DNA from: Alphaproteobacteria bacterium
GTDB taxonomy: Bacteria > Pseudomonadota > Alphaproteobacteria > Rhizobiales > JAKIUO01
Direction of reading: 5' to 3'
DNA length: 52,069 bases
NCBI GenBank assembly: GCA_024279115.1
Contig: JAJRRW010000122.1
Location: 1-52,069 of the forward strand
Made by a program: the position numbers and the translations under genes
Part shown: positions 42,201 through 52,069 of the stretch, piece by piece
Position numbering within the stretch: the stretch's first letter is position 1
How the letters are laid out: each line of letters begins with the position of its first letter
Notes under the pieces: generated by a model
Seen by the model: the letters and a program-made list of their open reading frames with translations, nothing else
Told to the model about the DNA's origin: nothing
Database searches by the model: none

Positions 42201-45200
42201 CGGAAGATGATAGTTTGCAAGGTGGCTCGGGGGCTGACCGTCTTGCTGGTGAAGCCGGGGCCGATGATCTGGATGGTGGCAGCGGCATCGATACGTTGGA
42301 TTACAGCACCTCGGATGCGGCCGTTTCGGTCAATCTTGGCAGCGGAGCGACCAGTGGTGGTCATGCTGCGGGAGACACATTGACAAGTATCGAAAATATC
42401 GATGGCTCCGATTTTGATGATACTCTTGCCGGCGATATTCTTGCCAATCAGCTGGATGGTGGCCTTGGAAATGATACGCTCATTGGCGGGGCCGGTGCTG
42501 ATGTGCTCATCGGCGGTGTCGGCGATGACCTGCTTGAAGGCGGCCTTGGCAGTGATGATCTGCAAGGAGGGGCGGGGATTGATACGGCCGACTATAGCAA
42601 TTCGGTGGCCAGTATTTCAATCGATCTTGATGCGGGCACCGGCACGGGCGGCGAAGCCGATGGGGACACGCTAAGCAGTATCGAAAATATCTCGGCGTCT
42701 GGACAAGATGATATTCTCATTGGAGACGCCAATGATAATGTGCTGGAGGGCAATGGAGGAAATGATCGCCTGTCTGGTCTTGCAGGGGCCGATACGCTGG
42801 ATGGCGGAGCCGGTACGGATACAGCCGATTATTCCGCGTCCGGGACGGCTGTTAATATAAATCTTCTGGCCGATACCGCATCTGGCGGCGATGCGGCCGG
42901 TGACACGCTGATCAGCATCGAAGATCTCGATGGCTCGGACCATGACGATATTCTCGAAGGAGATAGTGGGACCAACAGGCTTGATGGCGGTGCTGGCGAT
43001 GATCGGTTGATCGGTGGTCAGGGCGCTGATGTGCTGATTGGCGGTGCCGGGACAGATATAGCGGATTATAGTAGTGCCTCTGGTGCCGTAACGATTGACC
43101 TTGGGGCGGGTACCGGCAGTGGTTCGCAGGCCCAGGGCGACACGCTTTCCGGCATAGAAAATGTCGAGGGTTCAGGCCAAAATGACAGCTTGACCGGCGA
43201 TGGCAATAATAATCTACTGATTGGCGGTGCTGGCAATGATAGCCTGTTTGGCGTTGCGGGAGACGATATTCTGCAAGGTGGTGACGGCAGTGATAGTCTG
43301 GCTGGTGGGGCGGGGGCCGATGATTTACAAGGCGGCGCTGGTTCTGATACGGCGGATTACAGTGCCTCTGGCAGCGCGGTTGATGTATCGCTGGTGTCCA
43401 ATACGGGATCTGGCGGTGATGCTGCTGGTGACACGCTTAGCGACATAGAAAATCTTACCGGTTCGGCACTGGATGATAGTCTGACGGGGAACATTGGGGA
43501 CAATGTGCTGATCGGTAATGCCGGGGATGATCTGCTGATTGGCGGAGCTGGTGCCGATGATCTGGTGGGTGGCGGGGATACTGATACAGCCGATTATAGC
43601 GGCTCCGCTGCTGGTGTGATGGTTGATCTTGCGCTTGGCACAGGAGCCGGGGGAGACGCGCAGGGCGATACGCTGGCGACCATCGAAAATGTCATCGGTT
43701 CGGCATCAGCCGATACGCTCACCGGGGACATGATGTCAAACGTTTTGACTGGTAATGATGGCGATGATATTCTGTCTGGTGCTGCTGGCCTCGATACTTT
43801 GCTCGGCGGTGCGGGAGACGATACCCTGATTGGCGGCACGGGAGCCGATGTACTAACGGGCGGAGCTGGAACCGATACGGCGGACTATGGCGCAGCCAGT
43901 GCCGGGGTAACAGTTGATCTGGGCAGCTATGCGGGGACCGCAGGGGAAGCGGCCGGCGACAGTCTCACTGAAATCGAAAATCTGCGTGGCTCCAGTCATG
44001 GGGATGATCTCTCGGGTGATGGAAATATCAATTTGCTCGAAGGCCAGGCCGGAGACGATGTGCTGGATGGCGGTGCCGGCGATGATGTGCTGATGGGCGG
44101 CGCGGATGACGATATTTTGACAGGCGGCGCTGGTGCCGACGATCTGCAAGGTGGTGCTGGCGATGACACCGCAAGTTACGCCTTGGCGGCAGCGGCGGTG
44201 GTGGTGTCGCTGGCCTCCAATACGGGGACGGGATCAGATGCAGCGGGCGATACGCTCACCGACATTGAAAACCTTCAAGGTTCGGCTTTTGATGACACGC
44301 TGACCGGTGATGGTGGCGCGAATACTCTTGCTGGTCTGGCGGGCGATGATTTATTGACCGGCGGTGCCGGGGTTGATGAGCTGCAGGGCGGCGCTGGCGA
44401 TGACACGCTGGTTGGCGGTGCTGGCGCCGATATTTTATCGGGTGGTGCCGATACGGATACGGCGGATTACAGCGCCTCTGGCGGTGCCGTGGTGGTGGAT
44501 CTGGCAGCGGGCAGCGGCACCGGTGGTCATGCCCAGGGTGATACGCTGGATACGATCGAAAATGTCATTGGGTCCGCCTTTGGCGATACCCTTGAAGGGG
44601 ATGTGGGGGGCAATGCTCTTGACGGCGGCGCTGGCGATGATGTGTTGCTGGGGCGTGGCGGTGCAGATGTTCTGGATGGCGGCGCTGGCTCTGATACGGC
44701 CTCTTATGAGGGCTCGGCGGCGGCGGTCAATATTGACCTTGGCACCAGCACCTATTCGGGCGGCGATGCGATTGGCGATACATTGAGCAATATCGAAAAT
44801 ATCACGGGCTCTGGCAATGATGATACGATTATTGGCGATGGCGTGGCCAATATTTTGTCCGGTGGCGCGGGGGCCGATGCCCTAACGGGCGGGGCGGGTG
44901 ATGACGACCTGCGCGGTGATGCGGGCGATGATACGTTGATCGGTGGCGCGGGGGCTGATGTCCTGGATGGCGGGCTTAACTGGGATATTGCCGATTATTC
45001 GGGTGTTACCACGGCGGTAACCGTGGCGCTCGATGGCTCGGCGGCGGCGGGCGGCGGTGCCGCTGGCGATACCTTGTTCAATATTGAACAAATCATCGCG
45101 ACCGATTTTGACGACACCCTGACCGGCAATTCCGACAATTCGGCTGAACGCTTTGACGGCGGTGCGGGCGATGACCTGTTTGAGGGACGCGGCGGTGCCG

Positions 45201-48200
45201 ACCAATTCTTTGGTGGCGCGGGCATTGATACCGTGACCTATTCCTTGGCACTTGGCAGTGTGACGGTGGCGCTCGACGGCTCGGTCGGGGTCAATAGCGA
45301 TGCCGCGGGCGACACCTTTGACAGCATCGAACACCTTATCGGTTCCTCGTTTAACGATGTGCTGACCGCTGGCGCGCTTGGCAATCAGCTGGAGGGGCGC
45401 TCGGGCGATGATCTGTTGACCGGTGGCATCGGTGTTGATCTGCTCTATGGCGGCGACAATGATGATGTGCTGGCTGGCCTGGCCGGGGCGGACGAACTCT
45501 ATGGTGGTGCCGGTATTGACCGAGCTGATTACAGCGCTTCAGATGTGGCGGTGACTGTGAACCTGGCGACCAATGTCAATCTTGGTGGTCACGCTGCTGG
45601 CGACACACTTGACAGTATTGAAGATGTGACGGGCTCGGCCTTTGACGACACACTGACGGGCGATGATGAAGGCAATGAGCTGAGCGGCGGGGCCGGTGAT
45701 GATATATTGGTGGGCGGTATCGGTGCGGATACCCTGACAGGGGGGGCCGGTATTGATCTGGCTGATTATAGTGGGTCGACGGCGGGTATTACGGTTGATC
45801 TTGTCGCGGGCACCGGGGCTGGCGGGCATGCGCAGGGGGATGTGCTGGCCACCATTGAGAATGTTATTGGTTCAAATAGTGCTGATAGCATTACAGGCGA
45901 TGCCAGCGCCAATGTACTGACCGGGGGGGGCAGCAATGACACCTTAATCGGCAATGAGGGGGATGATACGATTTCTGGCGGTACTGGCAATGACAGTATT
46001 GCGGGCAATGAGGGGGATGATATGCTGGATGGTGGAGACCACAATGACAGCCTGTCTGGAGGTATTGGAGACGATACGATTTCTGGCGGCAGCGGCAATG
46101 ATGTTCTTGTCGGGGGAGCTGGTGGTGACACGCTGGATGGTGGCGATGGATCGGATATAGCCTATTATACGGGGTCAGCGGCGGCGGTGCAGATTGATCT
46201 TGGTGCCAACACGGCAACGGGCGGCGATGCTACAGGCGACATCTTGAGCAATATTGAGAGACTGGCTGGTTCGCTTCACGACGATACACTGACCGGTGAT
46301 GCCAATAACAATGTTCTGTATGGGTATGATGGCGACGATGTGATTGAAGGTGCTGGCGGAAATGACGTTCTTTATGGTGATCACTATGGCAGCAATTATA
46401 ATCTGGGAAATGATACGCTGAGCGGTGGAGATGGCAATGATGTTCTCTACGGCGAGAACGGCAATGACGTTCTGAGTGGTGGAACAGGAAATGATGCCCT
46501 TTACGGCGGCGCTGGCACAGATATTCTTACCGGCGGTGCCGGCGCGGATGTGATTAGCGGCTCAACGGGATTTGATACCGCTGATTATTCCGCCTCCAGT
46601 GCTGGCGTGACGCTTAATCTGGATGGGGGAGCAAGTTCTGGTGGCGATGCTGCGGGCGACACGATCACGTTGGTCGAGCATCTCATTGGCTCCGATTTTG
46701 ACGACACCATACAAGGCACGCTGATTGACACGGATGAGCATTTTGAAGGCGGCGCTGGCGATGACAGTTTTCAAGGACGCGGCGGGGCCGATATTCTGGA
46801 TGGCGGTGCCGGGTTTGATACGGCCAGCTATGTCTTGTCGAGTGCTGCCGTTACGGTCAATCTGGATGGCTCTCTTGGCATTGGCGGCGATGCAGCCGGG
46901 GACAGCTATATCAGCATCGAGCGGCTGATCGGAACCAATTTTGCAGATACGCTGACCGCCAACAATAGCGGCAATACGCTGATTGGCGGGGCCGGAAATG
47001 ATGTGCTGACCGGTGGCACCGGCGATGATACGCTTGAAGGTGGCGATGGCAGTGATGTGCTGATTGGTGGCCTTGGTATTGATATTCTGGATGGCGGCAG
47101 CGGCAGCGACCGGGTCGACTATAGCGCTTCCAGCGCGGGCGTAACTGTCAATATGGTGGCCGGCACCGGACTGGGTGGGCATGCCGAGGGCGATGTGCTG
47201 ACAAGTCTTGAATATGTGACGGGGTCGGGGTTCGATGACCACTTTACAGGTTTTTATTCTGTCGCGGCCGGGGATGGAGATGATATTATCATCGCCGATG
47301 CCGGAGCTGATATTTATGCGGGAGGCAGCGGCGTCGATTTGGTCGATTATTCCGCGTCTGATGCCGCTATTCAGATCAATCTGTCAACGAACCTCAATTC
47401 GGGCGGCTTTGCTCAAAATGATAGCTTGTCCAGTATCGAACATATTATCGGTTCCGATTTCAATGACACTCTGGTCGGCAGCGCCGGCAGCGATATTCTG
47501 GAAGGTGGGTTGGGCAACGATCACTTTGTTGGCTATGACGGGGCCGATGCTTTTGATGGCGGCGATGGCAGTGATACGGTAAGTTATGCCGACACCGCTC
47601 ATATAACTGGCGTCAATGTGAACCTGCTGGCGGGGACGGCGACCGGTGGCTTTGCTCAAGGTGACACCTTCACGAGTATTGAACGGGTTTACGGAACGGC
47701 CCACGATGACAGTTTTATTGCCTCCAATACAGGATCAACAATCTATGGCGGTGCGGGGGTAGACACCTTCACCGGCGGCACGGGAGATGACATCTTCTAT
47801 GGGGAAGATGGCAATGATGTCTTCGTTGCCGGAGATGGCGACGATTATATTGATGGCGGTCTCAATAATGATACGCTCGATGGCGGCGCTGGAGACGACA
47901 CGCTGATCGGCAATGATGGTGACGATAGCTTTATTGGCGGGCTGGGAGCTGATGACCATCAAGGAGGCAGCGGTATTGATGAGATCGATTATTCCGGGTC
48001 AACAGCCGTCAATATCAATATGGCCACCAATATTGGTACGGGTGATTTTGCCCAGGGCGACACCTGGTCAGGTATCGAGAATATTATTGGTACCACTGGT
48101 GCTGATGTGATCATTGGCAATGAGTTGGCCAATAATCTGCAAGGCGGCGCTGGCAATGATCTGATCGAGGGCGGTATCGGTGGCGATACGCTGGATGGTG

Positions 48201-51200
48201 GCGCTGATATTGACACGTTGTCTTATGCGGGATCGCTGTCGGGTGTGACCGTCAACCTGTCAACGTCTGGCGTCACCGGCGGTGACGCGGCTGGCGACAT
48301 TATCAGCAATTTCGAAAATCTCACCGGTTCGGACAATAATGATGATCTGACCGGAACCTCTGGTGATAATATCCTGCAAGGTGGCACTGGCAACGATCTC
48401 CTGGAAGGGTTGGCAGGCGCCGATACCATAGATGGCGGGGCTGGTACAGATACGCTGGATTATGACCAGTCAGATAGTGCGGTGACTGTCAATCTGCAAG
48501 CCCAGACGGCCAGTGGCGGGCATGCCGATGGCGATGTCATCAGCAATATTGAACGCGTCCTTGGGTCGGACTTCGATGATACGCTGATCGCCAATGTGGC
48601 AGGCAGCGTGATGGACGGTCGGGCTGGCGATGATACTCTCACGGGCGATGCGGGCAATGATACTCTGCGCGGCAGTGACGGCAATGATATGATTGATGGC
48701 GGCGATGGTGATGATACGCTGCGTGGTGGCCGCGATGATGATACCATTCTGGGGGGCGATGGCGATGATTTCATCGATGGCCAGGATGATACTGATACGC
48801 TCGATGGCGGCGCTGGAGCCGATACCATTGAGGGCGGCGCTGGCAATGATACGATCAGTGGCGGCACGGGCGATGACAGCTTGCTGGGGGAAGCCGATGA
48901 TGACACCATCCATGGCAATGATGGTGTGGATACCATTGATGGCGGCACGGGCAATGACACGCTTTATGGCGATGCTGACAATGATGCTCTGACGGGTGGC
49001 GCGGGTGATGATACGCTGATTGGCGGCACCGGTGCTGACACGCTGGATGGGGGCACAGACAATGATACGGCGGATTACAGTACTTCAGCGACTGCGGTGA
49101 GCGTCGATCTGACGATTGCGGGGGCGCAGGTAAGCACGGGCGATGCCGCCGGGGATGTGCTGACAAATATCGAAAATATTACCGGTAGCAGTGGCAATGA
49201 TAGTCTCACTGGCGACGGCAATATCAATATTCTCACCGGTGGCGCGGGCAATGACACGATTATTGATGGGGCTGGCGATGATGTGATCAATGCGGGCTCC
49301 GGTGCCGATACGCTGATCGCTGGTGCTGGTGCTGACGCCTATGATGGTGGCTCCAATATTGATGTGCTTGATTTTTCTGGATCCGCTGGCGGCGGCGTTG
49401 AGGTCAATCTGACGACGGGGGACGGCCTTGGCGGTGACGCCGAGGGAGATACTTATCTGGGCATTGAAAATGTCATTGGCACATCGTCCGCAGACCTTTT
49501 GACCGGCGATGGCGTGGCCAATGTGCTGACCGGTGGTGGTGGTGACGATATTCTTGAAGGGGCCGGGGGGGCCGATACTCTTGATGGCGGTGCCGGTAGT
49601 GATACCGCCGCCTATACCAGTGCGGGTTCTGGCGTCAGTGCCAGTCTGGCCACCAATAGTGGTTCGGCGGGCGAAGCCCTTGGCGATAGTTTGTCAAATA
49701 TCGAAAATCTGTCTGGCTCTGGATTTGCTGATACCTTGACGGGGGATGGCAATGACAATGTGCTCACAGGTCTGGCGGGCAATGATACGCTGATTGGTGG
49801 CGGCGGCATCGATACGCTGATTGGCGGTACGGGCGATGATGACCTGTCGGGGGGTGCCGGGGCTGATATTCTTGACGGCGGTATCAATAATGACGTGCTG
49901 GATGGCGGCGCGGATGATGATGCGCTCACCGGCGGTACAGGAGATGACACGCTCGCGGGAGGATCAGGTGCCGACACGCTGGATGGCGGCGCAGGGAGCG
50001 ACACGGCTGCCTACAGCACGTCTGGCGCTGGCGTCACAGTTGATTTGAACAATGTCGGAGCACAGGTGAGCGCTGGCGATGCCTCAGGCGATGTTTTCAC
50101 CAGCATCGAAAATATCAGCGGATCAGCATCCGCCGACACGCTGACCGGGGATGCCAACGCCAATATATTAGCTGGATTGGCTGGCGCAGATGTTCTTAGC
50201 GGCGGCGCTGGCGATGACACGCTTTCTGGCGGCGCGGGGAACGACACACTGGTTGGCGGCGCGGGAGCTGATAATCTGATCGGCGGTAGCGAAATTGATA
50301 CGGCTGACTATAGCGCCTCTGGTTCTGGCGTGATCGTTGATCTCAGCAATGCGGGCGCGCAAAGCGGCGGCGATGCGGCGGGCGATACTCTTGCGGAGAT
50401 CGAGAATGTCACGGGGTCAGCTTCCGCCGATACGCTGAGCGGAGATGGCAATGCCAATATACTGGCAGGTGGTGCGGGCGCTGACATATTGGTTGGCGGC
50501 GCGGGCGCTGACACGCTGCAAGGTGGTACCCAGGATGATGTTCTCACCGGTGGGGCCGGTGGAGATGATCTCCAGGGCGGCGCGGGATCCGATACGGCGA
50601 ACTACAGCTCGTCTGGCGCAGGGGTCAGTGTCAATCTCGCCAACGGCGCGGTATCTGGCGGCGATGCAGTTGGCGATAGTTTCAGCTCGATTGAAAATCT
50701 GACGGGTTCAAATCTGGGCGACACGCTAACAGGAGACGCGAACGCCAATATCCTTAGCGGTCTTGCGGGGGATGATAATCTGCTCGGGGCGGCTGGTGCC
50801 GATAGTCTTGTTGGTGGTGCCGGGGCCGACACGCTTTCTGGCGGCGCGGATGATGACACGCTGGATGGCGGTGCTGGAGCGGACACACTTGTTGGTGGTA
50901 CGGGGGCCGATGCGTTGGATGGGGGCGCCGATATTGACACGGCTGATTATAGCGCCTCTGGGGCTGGTGTGATCGTTGATCTCGGCAATGCGGGCGCGCA
51001 AAGCGGCGGCGATGCTGCTGGTGATACGCTTGCCAATATCGAAAATGTCACGGGGTCAGGATTGGCCGACACGCTGACCGGCGATGGCAATGCCAATATA
51101 CTCACCGGGAATGCTGGCGACGATATACTTGTTGGCGGTGCCGGGGCCGACACGCTGGATGGCGGTGCGGGTAATGATTTTATCGCAGGGGGCACGGGTG

Positions 51201-52069
51201 CCGACGTGCTAAGTGGCGGCACCGATACCGATACGCTTAGCTATGCGAGCGACAGCTCTGGCGTGAACGTCAATATTGCCACAGATACGGCAAGCGGCGG
51301 CGATGCTACGTCTGATACCATATCGGGTTTTGAAAATCTGATTGGTGGTGCCGGGGGGGATACCCTGACCGGAACGGCCGGGGGCAATATCATTGATGGT
51401 GGTAGTGGTGATGACCTCATTGAAGGCGGTGCTGGGGGAGATACGCTCACAGGTGGTACCGGCACGGATATGCTTACCTATGCTGGCGACAGCACTGGGG
51501 TGACCATCAATCTTGCGACCAACGCCGCTTCTGGCGGTGATGCGGCTGGCGACACGATTTCGGGTTTTGAGAATGTCACTGGTGGCGCGGGCAACGATCA
51601 GCTCACAGGCGATACGCAAGCCAATGTGCTGGTTGCTGGTGCGGGCAATGATACGCTTTCTGGCGGTGCTGGCGATGATACACTGGAGGGCGGTGCTGGA
51701 GCGGACACACTTGTTGGTGGTACGGGGGCCGATGCGTTGGATGGGGGCGCCGATATTGACACGGCTGATTATTCCGCCTCTGGTTCTGGTGTGATCGTTG
51801 ATCTGAACAATGCGGGCGCGCAAAGCGGCGGCGATGCCGCTGGTGACATCCTCACCAATATCGAAAACCTGACCGGTTCCGCTGCTGGCGACACGCTGAC
51901 CGGTAATGGGGCAGCAAATAGCTTTGATGGCGGTGCTGGCGATGATACGCTTACAGGTGGCGCTGGGGCTGATACGCTGGATGGCGGCGACGACAATGAT
52001 GTGCTGACAGGCGGCGCGGATAATGACACATTGATCGGTGGCGCTGGCAGCGATACGGCGATATTTAGC
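33239..52069 (+). CDS. Giant RTX-type calcium-binding repeat protein (probable T1SS-secreted adhesin); 3' end beyond the window; one in-frame TGA at 34187-34189
   Basis: After LPI-TGA the same frame continues [13 protein letters not shown]... and still reads [16 protein letters not shown] at the window end, 5960 further codons. Hundreds of GGXGXDXLX nonapeptides. It is missing from the ORF track because no stop is reached. Confidence 0.9.
34550..52069 (+). repeat. Array of about 62 diverged modules (DTADYS..S..GVTVDL..GTG.GGDA.GD.L..IEN.TGS plus RTX nonapeptides)
   Basis: Hand count of IEN-like anchors gives about 62. Spacing is mostly 237, 291, 345 or 399 bp. Confidence 0.9.

Noticed and set aside
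34277-52029. Dozens of short Pro/Ser-rich antisense and off-frame ORFs
   Set aside because: They are shadows of the GGC/GAT-rich RTX frame.

Overview
The window looks like an alphaproteobacterial chromosome, probably Hyphomicrobiales-like, judged from an alpha-type 6S RNA after zapA, a CtrA box, the hisC-tyrC pair and the RTX repeat style. In order it holds: a 5'-truncated SNF2 helicase; a degenerate UppS-like cis-prenyltransferase next to an O-antigen-ligase-family gene and a truncated LapG/BTLCP-like protease; a ~12 kb TetR-associated cluster (beta-CASP MBL hydrolase, LOG, TetR, secreted protein, DASS permease, Glu dehydrogenase, membrane protein, and divergent HlyD-RbbA-YhhJ) with two copies of one palindromic operator; recQ (frameshift); ppsR (in-frame TAG); an ArsC-family gene; an MCP; gap; zapA-6S RNA; a 354-bp element with 51-bp terminal inverted repeats; class II nrdJ (frameshift); tyrC-hisC; and a giant RTX-repeat gene (>6200 codons) that runs off the window and carries one in-frame TGA. 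Top leads are the NgBR/Nus1-like pseudo-enzyme beside the ligase, the TetR regulon, and the RTX gene with its stop codon and quantised modules. Several single-base lesions may be assembly errors. All calls come from motif recognition by eye; no searches were run.
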